Assembly (NCBI GenBank): GCA_011170375.1 | Contig: DUEV01000002.1 | Span: 263,052 to 327,051 of the forward strand | Length of the DNA: 64,000 bases | Reading direction: 5' to 3' | Origin: Dehalococcoidia bacterium | Lineage (GTDB): Bacteria; Chloroflexota; Dehalococcoidia; Dehalococcoidales; Fen-1064 | Shown here: one piece after another, positions 1 to 8,641 of the stretch | How positions within the stretch are numbered: the stretch's first letter is position 1 | Layout of the letters: every line of letters begins with the position of its first letter | Translations under genes and position numbers: made by a program | The notes under the pieces: generated by a model | Seen by the model: only the letters and a program-made list of their open reading frames with translations | Databases searched by the model: none | What the model was told of the DNA's origin: nothing

Positions 1-489
1 GGCAGCTGCTCTCTCATATAGAGGATAAACCTCCTTGTCAGCAGGCAGGAAACCAGTGCTAGGATACAGTTTTAGTCCACGGGCACCAAACTCGGTGAAA
101 CACTTCTCAAAAAGGTCAACGGCATCGTCTCTTCTTGGGTCAATCCCGCAAAAGTAAATCAAGCGGTCCGGATGTTTACTGACTACCTCACTGATGTAGC
201 GGTTCTGTTCTACAACCGATGGTGCTCCCTCGCGTGGAAATAGAAAACCGAAATCAATATAGAGCAAAATACATTTCTCGATGCCCGCCTCGTCCATGCG
301 CCAGACATGTTCCAAACCATCGCGGTCCTCCCACCACGAGGGCAGGACGGTATTCCGTACCTCTTCCTCAGCCTCCTCTTGCGTTACCGTGGCGGGCCGC
401 CAGCTAGCGTTGAGGCGAGTGTAGCCATTCCACAGGCCTTCCCCATAGAACTCCCGAATGAACAGGTGAGCATGGGTGTCAATCGTCAT
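1..489 (-). CDS. Amidohydrolase-2 type (TIM-barrel metal-dependent hydrolase) protein, N-terminal 163 codons; 3' end lies beyond the window start
   Basis: Not in the ORF track because it is open at the window edge. My own minus-strand translation from the ATG at 489-487 gives MTIDTHAHLFIREFYGEGLW...GARGLKLYPSTGFLPADKEVYPLYERAAA with no stop to position 1. It has the N-terminal DxHxH metal motif (IDTHAHL). The + strand track ORFs 219-407 and 307-609 are shadows. Confidence 0.6.
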   Translation of the reverse strand, partial: MTIDTHAHLFIREFYGEGLWNGYTRLNASWRPATVTQEEAEEEVRNTVLPSWWEDRDGLEHVWRMDEAGIEKCILLYIDFGFLFPREGAPSVVEQNRYISEVVSKHPDRLIYFCGIDPRRDDAVDLFEKCFTEFGARGLKLYPSTGFLPADKEVYPLYERAAA

Positions 490-544
490 CTTGTGGCTCT
501 TCTGCTTAGAATTCTATTACGTCCAGACTACTGTTCGATACCTT

Positions 545-620
545 TGGTGGAGCTGAGGGGACTCGAACCCCTGACCTCCTCCGTGCAAAGGAGGCGCTCT
601 CCCAGCTGAGCTACAGCCCC
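545..620 (-). tRNA. tRNA-Ala (anticodon UGC), 76 nt with encoded 3' CCA
   Basis: Reverse complement: GGGGCTGTAGCTCAGCTGGGAGAGCGCCTCCTTTGCACGGAGGAGGTCAGGGGTTCGAGTCCCCTCAGCTCCACCA. It has a 7-bp acceptor stem with the G3:U70 alanine identity pair, a D arm GCTC/GAGC, an anticodon stem CCTCC/GGAGG with loop TTTGCAC, and a T arm AGGGG-TTCGAGT-CCCCT. Confidence 0.95.
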
Positions 621-789
621 GTAGTGAAAACATTATAGCAACAATGACCGCCCTTCTCAATTTGACGCATGTTATAAAATAAGGCCATCAGGGTAAGGCC
701 AAGATAGTTTACAGTCTGGCGCTCAATCGGCAGAAGATTTATAATGGGAAATCACCCCTAATTGGAGTAGGTAGCAAAGACTGGTTAAT

Positions 790-1614
790 ATGACAATTGC
801 CCACATAGTTATCCTGCTGGCAACCGGCGCCGTTACTGGTTTTGCCGGCAGTCTCCTGGGTCTGGGCGGCGCTTTCATTATGACCCCGGTGCAATATGCC
901 ATCTATTCCGATATGGGTATCCCAACAGATATAGCCATCAAGCTGGCCTTCGGGACTAATATGCTGGTCATTTTCCCCACCGCCATAAGCGGTACCTGGA
1001 GATATCACAGACAGGGAGCCGTGTTCTGGCAGGCTGCGGTTATCATGGGTGGTTGCAGTCTGGCCGGCAGCCTGGCCGGTGCAACCCTGGCCACTAATCT
1101 CCCCGGAGAAGCCCTAAAGATAACCTTTGGTGCTATCATCATCGTTAGTGGCATCAGGATGCTCACCGCCAAACAGCCTGATATTGAAGAGGCACCTGTG
1201 ACTAATCGCTGGCTGTGGGGCGTCTGGGCGCTGTTTATGAGCTTTGCTGCCGGGCTTCTGGGAATGGGAGGGGGAGTACTGGCTATCCCTATTATGACAC
1301 TGATACTCCGTTTTAAGATACACAACGCCGTGGCCACGTCATTGGCCATGATGATACTCACCAGCATCGGTGGTATTATCGGCTACATCAGCAACGGTAT
1401 CGGGGCCCCGGACCTGCCTGTCTATTCATTTGGTTATGTCAACCTACAAGCATGGCTGTTACTGGCTGTCCCCAGCATAGTCATGGCGCAGATCGGGGCA
1501 ACGATAGCTCGCCGTACACCTGACAGGCGGCTAGCCTACATCTTTATCCTCATCACCTTCTATTTGGGACTAAGGATGATTGGTCTCTTTGAATGGCTGG
1601 GCTGGCCGCTATAG
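790..1614 (+). CDS. TSUP/TauE-SafE family anion exporter (DUF81) membrane protein
   Basis: 274-aa polytopic ORF with a two-fold internal repeat. It carries the family-typical G-rich helices (GFAGSLLGLGGAFIMTPV and AAGLLGMGGGVLAIPIM). Confidence 0.8.
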   Translation: MTIAHIVILLATGAVTGFAGSLLGLGGAFIMTPVQYAIYSDMGIPTDIAIKLAFGTNMLVIFPTAISGTWRYHRQGAVFWQAAVIMGGCSLAGSLAGATLATNLPGEALKITFGAIIIVSGIRMLTAKQPDIEEAPVTNRWLWGVWALFMSFAAGLLGMGGGVLAIPIMTLILRFKIHNAVATSLAMMILTSIGGIIGYISNGIGAPDLPVYSFGYVNLQAWLLLAVPSIVMAQIGATIARRTPDRRLAYIFILITFYLGLRMIGLFEWLGWPL

Positions 1615-1625
1615 GCACTCTGACG

Positions 1626-2729
1626 CTAAATGCTAAACAGGAAGGTAATCACATCGCCGTCTTGTACTGTATAACTCTTACCCTCCGTCCTGAGCAGTCC
1701 CCTCTTACGGGCTTCGGCGAGACTGCCGCATTTGACGAGGTCATTGAAGCTGATGACCTCAGCCCGGATAAAACCACGCTCCATATCCGAATGAATCTTC
1801 CCGGCAGCCACCGGAGCTACCGTTCCACTCGGCACCGACCAGGCTCTGACCTCAGCCGAAGCGATGGTGAAAAATGAGACCAGCCCGAGTAGCTCATATG
1901 AGACCCGGATAATCCGGGCAAACCCGGACTCGGTCAGGCCAAATTCGGCCTGCCAGGTGGCAGCCGTCTCGCTATCAAGCTGGGACAGTTCCATCTCCAG
2001 CTTGCCACATAGCGCAACAACACGACACTTCGGCCGCGCGTAAGTAGCATTCAATTCAGTCTCCAGTGTCTCCGCCTCCGGCAGACGGTCTTCACCGATA
2101 TTAACAACAATCAGAAGTGGCTTGGCAGTGAGAAACTGGAAATTGTTGATGGCCTTTATCTCCTCCCCGGTCAACTCCTGCTCCCGGATAGGTACCTCTT
2201 CTTCCAGACCGGTCTTTACCTTCGCCAGTAGTTCCTTCTCATGGAGGAAAGGCTGGCGCTCAGCCGGCTTGGCCCCTTTCAGAGACTCCTCGATTCTGCC
2301 CAGCCTGCGCTCGATAATAATCAGGTCAGAAAAAGCCATCTCCAGGTTCATCGCCGCTATATCCCGGGCCACATCCAGGCTACCTTCACTATGAGGTATG
2401 CTATCATTCTGAAATTCGCGGACGACGTTAATCAGGGCATCGACTTTGCTCAACTGGGCCAGTAACTGGCCACCGATGCCCTTGCCTTCAACCAGTCCCT
2501 TAACCGATGCGCCGATATCTACGTATGATACCGTTATAGGTATGGTTTTATTGGGCTTGAGGATATCGGTCAATGTGTCAAGTCGCGGGTCGGCGAAACT
2601 GGCCACCCCCACGTGTGCTGCACCTGCCTGAGTGTGCTTGGCCGTGTCTGCTTCGCCTCTAGTCAGGGCATTAAAAAATGTCGTCCGACCACTCTGAGGC
2701 AACCCGATAATACCTATCTCAATATTCAT
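1626..2729 (-). CDS. ychF: Redox-regulated ATPase YchF (Obg-like GTPase family)
   Basis: 367 aa. N-terminal P-loop IGIIGLPQSGRTTFFNALT, a central coiled insertion and a C-terminal TGS-like end (GKSYTVQDGDVITFLFSI). Confidence 0.9.
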   Translation of the reverse strand: MNIEIGIIGLPQSGRTTFFNALTRGEADTAKHTQAGAAHVGVASFADPRLDTLTDILKPNKTIPITVSYVDIGASVKGLVEGKGIGGQLLAQLSKVDALINVVREFQNDSIPHSEGSLDVARDIAAMNLEMAFSDLIIIERRLGRIEESLKGAKPAERQPFLHEKELLAKVKTGLEEEVPIREQELTGEEIKAINNFQFLTAKPLLIVVNIGEDRLPEAETLETELNATYARPKCRVVALCGKLEMELSQLDSETAATWQAEFGLTESGFARIIRVSYELLGLVSFFTIASAEVRAWSVPSGTVAPVAAGKIHSDMERGFIRAEVISFNDLVKCGSLAEARKRGLLRTEGKSYTVQDGDVITFLFSI

Positions 2730-3061
2730 CGTCAGGCCAGCGTTACCACGCAGTTACCTGTGGCTATTTTACTCTCATCAGGACCATGTCTCAAGGCCGT
2801 GCTCTCATTCACATGATTCAGGAGGGTGAGAAAACGGATTATCCTGGGATTCACCTCTATTTGATTGTGTCGACCCCATCCCCTGCCCGCTTGCCTTCGC
2901 TGAAGCTTTAGCGCAAGCAGGCCGTCCCTTCGGCCTGCTCGCCGTACGACTTCGGCAGGCGAGGACTATGGCAGGCGGGCCTGTATCCCCTTCAGGGAGA
3001 ACCACTCGTTCGACTGAGCTCACGACGAAGTCAGGGTGAACCCTTCCCCAGAGGGGAAGGG

Positions 3062-3092
3062 GGAGAAAAAATTAGAGGGGCTACACCCCTCT
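3062..3092 (-). terminator. Rho-independent terminator downstream of the ABC-2 permease gene
   Basis: The minus strand reads AGAGGGG-TGTAG-CCCCTCT followed by AATTTTTTCTCCC. This is a 7-bp GC stem (3074-3080 / 3086-3092) with a T tract at 3066-3071. Confidence 0.5.
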
Positions 3093-3180
3093 TCGACTCC
3101 CCTTAACTTGTCTGCCTCATAGGAACCCTTACTGCCACTTAACATCTTCACGGATAAGAGGAGAGTGAAACCGCCGCCGG

Positions 3181-4398
3181 TTAGCTTTCTCTAAGATAGC
3201 GAATTATCTCACGTGGACTCGGTGTCTTACCATACATCAACAGGAAAATGCGGAAAGCCTTCGACACCAATAAAAGACTACCGATAATCCCGGCTATCAT
3301 CAATCCTATACCGACAAGCAGCTCCCATAAAGGAATTTCGGAAAGGCCAAGGCGAACAAAGACCGACATCGGGGCAGTGATTGGAATCAGTGTCAGTACT
3401 GTTCCAACAACATGGTCCGGATTGTCCCGGAGAAAGAAGATAAAGATGTACAAAGGCAAGACTGCGGGTAGCATCAGCGCCACCACCATCTGCTGGCTGT
3501 CCTTGGCGTTGGCTCCAACAGCTCCCATACCTGCCTGGATGACAGCAAAGAGGAGGTAACCAAGGATGAAATAAACGATTCCCAGTATTAGCATACTGCC
3601 CGATACCTGAAGCCCTTCCAGAACCCCACCAACAACATTTGAAGCCAACTGTGTCAGTATAACAAGTGAGCCCAGCCAGACAAGTACCTGCAACAATCCA
3701 CCAGCACCGAGCCCGAGGACCTTCCCAGTCAGCAACTGTTGAGGAGAGACGGACGAGAGCAGGACCTCCATGACCCGGTTCTCCTTCTCCTCACCCAGAC
3801 CCTGAAGAAGGTAGCCTGAAGAGCTACCGATGGCCATGACCAGTAGAAAGGCAAATATCGTCGGGACAACGAAGGCCGCAACTCCGCCCTGGTCTTCGGC
3901 AATGTTACCGCTCTCGTCAAGCCTGACACTCGCCAGCAGCATCGGCGACTTCACTCGCTCGGTTATCTCAGGGTTTATCTGCCCTTCGAGGAGATTGCTC
4001 TGCAAGAAGCTTATCATAGCCGAGCGGGTCTCACCCGGGACGTCCAGTTCTTTTTCGAGGACATACCTGTAAACTACCCCCTGCACCAGATAGTCCTCCG
4101 GAATAACAAAAAACTCGTCAATGTCCTCAATGAGCATGGCATCGGTGGCTTCCTCCTGTGAATTAAAGGGAATGAAGATAAGCTCTCCCTGTACTGTGTA
4201 TTCACCGAATCCACCAAACTCGTCCACGTAGCCAATAACGGGCAAATCCCGGTCGCCAGTACCAATACCCTGAACAATCATGTAAATACCGATAGCGCTG
4301 AAACCAATCACCGGAAACGCCACCAGCCAGATGATAAAGCCCTTCCGCCTTATAAGATTAAAGAATTCGTGCCTAAAAATCAGGAGCGTCTTATTCAC
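3181..4398 (-). CDS. ABC-2 type transporter permease (NatB/YhaP-like)
   Basis: 405 aa. One N-terminal TM helix (FIIWLVAFPVIGFSAIGIYMIV), a roughly 150-aa extracytoplasmic domain, then 5 C-terminal TM helices. This is the typical ABC-2 permease architecture. Confidence 0.75.
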   Translation of the reverse strand: MNKTLLIFRHEFFNLIRRKGFIIWLVAFPVIGFSAIGIYMIVQGIGTGDRDLPVIGYVDEFGGFGEYTVQGELIFIPFNSQEEATDAMLIEDIDEFFVIPEDYLVQGVVYRYVLEKELDVPGETRSAMISFLQSNLLEGQINPEITERVKSPMLLASVRLDESGNIAEDQGGVAAFVVPTIFAFLLVMAIGSSSGYLLQGLGEEKENRVMEVLLSSVSPQQLLTGKVLGLGAGGLLQVLVWLGSLVILTQLASNVVGGVLEGLQVSGSMLILGIVYFILGYLLFAVIQAGMGAVGANAKDSQQMVVALMLPAVLPLYIFIFFLRDNPDHVVGTVLTLIPITAPMSVFVRLGLSEIPLWELLVGIGLMIAGIIGSLLLVSKAFRIFLLMYGKTPSPREIIRYLRES

Positions 4399-4568
4399 TG
4401 GTACTTACCCATGAATAGTATCTAAGATTATTTCGTGGTAGTCAAGAAATTTGTCTGTACCACTCACTAAGCTCCACTGCTTTATTACATACATATATTT
4501 TGTAACAATGAGTGTGAGTGTAAAGAGCTATTGGCAGGGGATTACGGCGGGTGGCTTAACTGGACAAA

Positions 4569-4593
4569 AGAAGGCCAGCAGACCATTGGAGAC
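4569..4593. repeat. 25-nt box AGAAGGCCAGCAGACCATTGGAGAC, copy 1
   Basis: 22/25 identical to 6085-6109 in the same orientation. Both copies are intergenic. Confidence 0.6.
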
Positions 4594-4615
4594 CTGTTAG
4601 TACAACGGATTGTGA

Positions 4616-5212
4616 CTATGAATTCAATGTATAGGCTCGGCTGATTCTCGACAGTGGGTCAGTGTTATCATGATCAACAAATTCAAATCCCTTTCCAATA
4701 AAATTACTGATTCCTCTTCCCAAGGCAAGCAGATTATTAGTCTTGGGATTAGTATGTTCTTCAATTCTGATTTTCTCACTACCTGTATCAAGGTAGACGG
4801 ACATTCCTGCAATACTAGTATTGGGCCCAGAGCCACTTTCTGGGAAATATTCTACGACTACCCTCTGAATGGCTGAAAACGGTATAACCTGCTGTGTCTT
4901 AAACGAGATGAAGATTCGCCTCTCAGTTGTAATACTCTCAGTGGGCTTATCTACACTAATAGTCGTTCCATGTAGCCAAAGTAACCGCCATAAGAGAAAC
5001 CCCGAGTCGTAAGGAGGTACAATAACCAAATGGAACGGGTTGTGTTCCTTAATTCTTTTAGTAGTCTTCCAGAATTCCTGCTCCAGCGACTCCAGCCGAG
5101 CTTTTTCTTCTTCCTGCTCTGCTTTCAACTCAGAACGTTCTTCTTGCGCTCGTTCGCTCCACCTGGCTACCACTTCTTCCCTTGTTGGTTCACGGGCTTC
5201 ATTGTTTCGCAT
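4616..5212 (-). CDS. Hypothetical protein (charged coiled-coil N-terminus, beta-rich C-terminus)
   Basis: 198-aa ORF with an E/K-rich N-terminal helix (ERSELKAEQEEEKARLESLEQEF). No family recognised. By eye its GC is lower than the flanking genes. Confidence 0.5.
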   Translation of the reverse strand: MRNNEAREPTREEVVARWSERAQEERSELKAEQEEEKARLESLEQEFWKTTKRIKEHNPFHLVIVPPYDSGFLLWRLLWLHGTTISVDKPTESITTERRIFISFKTQQVIPFSAIQRVVVEYFPESGSGPNTSIAGMSVYLDTGSEKIRIEEHTNPKTNNLLALGRGISNFIGKGFEFVDHDNTDPLSRISRAYTLNS

Positions 5213-5270
5213 TCTTATAACCTCCTAACTACGCAAAAGAGTACCAGTCACCGCCATTTATCTGACGATT

Positions 5271-5420
5271 CTATCTACGCTGTCTCCTTTCACGTTCCTT
5301 CATCAACCCTTCTACGAATTCCTCCGTTGCCTCTTCACGAGTCTCTTCTTTTACTAACCCTGTTACTGGTTTCCTGAGGACATCAGCGACCTCTTGGCTG
5401 AGATTACGTATTCTCAGCAT
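5271..5420 (-). CDS. 49-aa micro-ORF with a ribbon-helix-helix (FitA/VapB-like) N-terminal motif; speculative
   Basis: My own translation: MLRIRNLSQEVADVLRKPVTGLVKEETREEATEEFVEGLMKERERRQRR. The IRNLSxEV start resembles RHH antitoxins. It is below the track cutoff, has no clear SD and has no adjacent toxin gene. Confidence 0.2.
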   Translation of the reverse strand: MLRIRNLSQEVADVLRKPVTGLVKEETREEATEEFVEGLMKERERRQRR

Positions 5421-5470
5421 ATCTGTATCATGGTCGAGGAATATCGCCTCGTCGCCTGTGTCAATGTTTG

Positions 5471-5908
5471 CTACCCAGCATTCGACACGTTGGTATCCAA
5501 TGCCACCAGCGACCCATTTTTTTCGCGAACCGCGTACACGCCCTTGACAACGGAAAACAGAATCTCACGCTTCCTGTGCACCAATAAGAACGGTCGTTTT
5601 GTGAATGTAACGGTCTGACTGATTTTGTCTATGGTTATCTTGCTACCGATGAATCTACCCAATATCCACAGTAGTACCGACAAACCAACCAGTCCAACCA
5701 ACACGAAAAGTAACAGGAACAATATAGAGAGCCCCGGGATTTCTAACTCGCCGAGAATGGATATTACCAAAATTATTAGCACAACAGATACAAGGATGCA
5801 GACTAGTGCAATCACCAAGTAGATAATCTCCCTAACCACCTCGCTGCGACTAGGTGCAACTACCATCCTTTGTTCATTCTGTTCTTTAATTTCCATTACT
5901 CCCTCCAA
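5471..5908 (-). CDS. Hypothetical membrane protein (two TM helices plus small C-terminal domain)
   Basis: 145 aa. Two long hydrophobic helices (IIYLVIALVCILVSVVLIILVISIL and LSILFLLLFVLVGLVGLSVLLWIL). Preceded by a strong minus-strand promoter (6044-6072). Confidence 0.55.
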   Translation of the reverse strand: MEGVMEIKEQNEQRMVVAPSRSEVVREIIYLVIALVCILVSVVLIILVISILGELEIPGLSILFLLLFVLVGLVGLSVLLWILGRFIGSKITIDKISQTVTFTKRPFLLVHRKREILFSVVKGVYAVREKNGSLVALDTNVSNAG

Positions 5909-6043
5909 ACCAAAAAGGCACTGTCCGCCTCATAGTAGCGATTCCAGTGCCTCTTCTGCCTTCCTCTCCCGCCTATCAACCAGAATCTTGCTAGTGTGGA
6001 GGTCGGGTTGGGTGGTACGTATCAGTATTGTACTGAAAGGTTG

Positions 6044-6072
6044 ATTGTAATGTTTCGAAAAGTTGTTGTCAA
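6044..6072 (-). promoter_or_regulatory. Sigma-70-like promoter TTGACA-N17-TACAAT for the 5908-5471 gene
   Basis: The minus strand reads TTGACAACAACTTTTCGAAACATTACAAT (-35 at 6072-6067, -10 at 6049-6044). Confidence 0.45.
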
Positions 6073-6084
6073 TGGAGTCCTAGA

Positions 6085-6109
6085 AGAAGGCCAGCAAACT
6101 ATTAGAGAC
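6085..6109. repeat. 25-nt box AGAAGGCCAGCAAACTATTAGAGAC, copy 2
   Basis: 22/25 identical to 4569-4593. It lies 13 nt upstream of the -35 of the 6044-6072 promoter. Confidence 0.6.
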
Positions 6110-6148
6110 TAACCAAAAAATTACACGCGTACAGACATACTGATGATG

Positions 6149-7147
6149 TCAGTTATGACTGAGTTGCCCTATCGCTTGCATCAATTCTTCAAACTGCTGA
6201 GGATAAAGAGATTGTGGCCCGTCAGAAAGTGCCTGTGATGGGTCATTATGGACTTCTACCAGCAGACCATCGGCACCCACGGCGATAGCGCCCTTTGATA
6301 AAGGTATTACATACTCTCTCTTCCCGGCAGCATGGCTGGGGTCAACAATGATAGGAAGATGACTTGCTTCTTTAATTGCAGGTATAGCACTCAAATCCAG
6401 AGTGTTTCTTGTGTTATCGGCAAAGGTTCGTATTCCTCTTTCACATAAAATGATCTGGCTATTCCCTTCTGACATGATATACTCAGCCGCCATTAGCAGC
6501 TCATCAATGGTAGCTGCGAAGCTTCTTTTTAATAAGACCGGCTTCGAGACATGACCGGCAAGTTTAAGCAAAGAATAGTTTTGCATATTCCTTGCGCCAA
6601 TTTGAATAATATCAGTGTATTCTTCGACGATTTTAAGATTTTCACTATCGGTAGCCTCAGTGACGATGTATAGACCCGTTTCTCTCCGGACTTTGTCCAA
6701 TATTCTCAAACCTTTTTCGCCCAGCCCCTGGAAGCTATAAGGAGACGTCCTTGGTTTGAAGGCACCACCCCGGAAAATCGTGGCACCATGCTCCTTAACA
6801 TGCCTCGCAATACTTAATGCCTGGTCTTCGCTTTCAACAGCACATGGGCCAGCCATGATTACTGGCTTTCCTGCCCCTATTTTTATGTCACCTACGGATA
6901 TTACTGTTGAATCTAGTCTTGTCTCCCTGCTAACCAGCTTATATTGCCTGGTAACTCTGATAGTCTCCTTCACCCCATCCAGTGACAGAAGTCGTGAATC
7001 TTCAACTGGCCCTTCATTTCCAACGATACAAACAGCGGTCCTCTGAGCACCCGGCATTGGAACTCCACGGTAACCCATCTTCTCGATTTCCTGGATAACC
7101 GCCTGAACCTGTTCTTCGGTAGCGTCAGCTTTCATCACGACTAGCAT
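6149..7147 (-). CDS. aroF: 3-deoxy-7-phosphoheptulonate (DAHP) synthase, type I-beta with N-terminal ferredoxin-like regulatory domain
   Basis: 332 aa. The N-terminal roughly 70-aa ACT/FL-like domain (MLVVMKADATEEQVQAVIQEIEKMGY) is followed by a KDO8PS-like TIM barrel (GPCAVES, FRGGAFKPRTSPYSFQGLG, IVDPSHA). Confidence 0.85.
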   Translation of the reverse strand: MLVVMKADATEEQVQAVIQEIEKMGYRGVPMPGAQRTAVCIVGNEGPVEDSRLLSLDGVKETIRVTRQYKLVSRETRLDSTVISVGDIKIGAGKPVIMAGPCAVESEDQALSIARHVKEHGATIFRGGAFKPRTSPYSFQGLGEKGLRILDKVRRETGLYIVTEATDSENLKIVEEYTDIIQIGARNMQNYSLLKLAGHVSKPVLLKRSFAATIDELLMAAEYIMSEGNSQIILCERGIRTFADNTRNTLDLSAIPAIKEASHLPIIVDPSHAAGKREYVIPLSKGAIAVGADGLLVEVHNDPSQALSDGPQSLYPQQFEELMQAIGQLSHN

Positions 7148-7255
7148 AGGTGCTTTACTCCTTAACCATCTTTCGTATTACCTTAGCTGTTAATCACACC
7201 CGTATAGTGTAACACGTAGTAGACATTCCCGTCTTTGTTTTTATGTCAACGGTAT

Positions 7256-8149
7256 TTACTGGCGCTCACCGACAACCTGAAGGAAAATATCGTGGAGGGG
7301 AGGGGTAGCCACCTCGAAACGATTAACCGTCACACCCTGACCAAGCAGTTGTGCCAATACCTGCTGGGGCGTCGTTTCGCTATCCAGAAAGAGCTCAGTA
7401 CGGCCATCGTGGTCCTGTCTCCGGATAACGCCGCTCACCTCTCCCAGTTCGCCCTCATGCTCCAGCAGAACCGAGTTGCTCCGGTAGCGCGATTTAATCT
7501 CAGCCAGGTCACCGTAAAGGACAGTACGCCCTTCGTTTATCATCAGGATGCGGTCGCACAGCTCCTCCACCTCGTTCATCCGATGTGTGCTGAGAATGAT
7601 GGCCGTACCCTGATTTCGCAGCTCAAACACCATATCTTTGATTAACTCGGTATTAACAGGATCCAGGTTAGCAAAGGGCTCGTCAAGGATAATGACTCTG
7701 GGTTCATGGATGATGGTGACGAGGAACTGGACAAACTGCCCCATGCCACGGCTCAGCTCCTTTATTTTCTTCTGCTTGTGAGGCAGCAGGTCTACCCGAG
7801 CGAGCAACTCATCAGCCCTAGTGGCCGCCCGATGAGCCTCCATACGTTTCAGGGAGGCGAAATAGGTGAGGGACTCGACCACAGTCAGATTGAGGTAGAG
7901 ACCCCTTTCTTCAGGCAGATAGCCAATGTCGTTTTTGGTGGCCTCACCAAGACGTTGGCCAAGGATTAACACATCTCCCGAGTCGGGCTTGATAAGGTCC
8001 ATCATTATCCTGATGGTCGTCGTCTTACCGGCGCCATTCGGGCCTATCAGACCGAATATCTCACCACCATTGACATCAAAGGAGAGGTCATTGACCACCG
8101 TCCTGTCACCGTAGGTCTTCGAAACGTGATTGACTTCGATAAAAGGCAT
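7256..8149 (-). CDS. ABC transporter ATP-binding protein (ABC-2/NatA-like, C-terminal DUF4162-type domain)
   Basis: Walker A GPNGAGKTT, signature LSRGMGQ, Walker B IILDEP, H-loop STH, plus a roughly 80-aa C-terminal extension. Confidence 0.9.
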   Translation of the reverse strand: MPFIEVNHVSKTYGDRTVVNDLSFDVNGGEIFGLIGPNGAGKTTTIRIMMDLIKPDSGDVLILGQRLGEATKNDIGYLPEERGLYLNLTVVESLTYFASLKRMEAHRAATRADELLARVDLLPHKQKKIKELSRGMGQFVQFLVTIIHEPRVIILDEPFANLDPVNTELIKDMVFELRNQGTAIILSTHRMNEVEELCDRILMINEGRTVLYGDLAEIKSRYRSNSVLLEHEGELGEVSGVIRRQDHDGRTELFLDSETTPQQVLAQLLGQGVTVNRFEVATPPLHDIFLQVVGERQ

Positions 8150-8476
8150 GGATTGCTACCTTCGGAGCGGTTTTAATTATATATCAGGAGTTGTACAGTC
8201 GCAAGGAACACCGAAAAGAACTCTGGGGCTTATAAAATCAAGCAAACCTTTCCGGAGAAGGCCATTATACTCCCCGGCATCGGGTATATTAGCCCGTTTA
8301 AGGCACGCCTACAGGCCTGCATAGATGGGGGGTTTTTGCAGTATTTGGTTCCCACAAGGACAGGTATTAAAAACGATTGCAGCTACCATTATGAATGCTA
8401 ATGTATATATAGAAAAAGGGCAAGGATAAAAAAGAAATTAACCGGGGTTTTGAAAATACATAAGGAGGTGAAATCA

Positions 8477-8641
8477 ATGGAGACCGCACTAACAATCTTA
8501 ATGGCACTGGGAATCTACGTAGTCGCCCCCCTGCTGATCGCCGCCGCTGTGTGTGGCATTGCAGTCTGGAGGGCCGGGAAAGCCAGAGCCCGGGCGGAAA
8601 CCAAGATCCAGGAAGCAGCCCATCAGCCCGCCAAGACGTAG
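8477..8641 (+). CDS. Small single-pass membrane protein (54 aa)
   Basis: The SD AAGGAGGTG lies 7 nt before the ATG at 8477. Sequence: METALTILMALGIYVVAPLLIAAAVCGIAVW followed by a basic tail. The track's 8450 start is less likely. Confidence 0.4.
   Translation: METALTILMALGIYVVAPLLIAAAVCGIAVWRAGKARARAETKIQEAAHQPAKT

Noticed and set aside
219-609. Track ORFs 219-407 (+) and 307-609 (+)
   Set aside because: They are P/R-rich with implausible composition. They lie antisense to an amidohydrolase reading frame that is open all the way to the window edge, and the second one runs through the tRNA-Ala gene. I treat them as shadow ORFs.
2774-2781. CUGAUGAG (hammerhead ribozyme core-like octamer) on the minus strand just upstream of ychF
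   Set aside because: There is no downstream GAAA box, no stem II/III pairing and no cleavage-site context around it. A single octamer match is expected by chance.
2805-3023. 72-aa minus-strand track ORF in the ychF/permease gap
   Set aside because: Its composition is low-complexity (A/S/P/R/G-rich), it has no SD, and it coincides with a region better explained by stable RNA-type helices.
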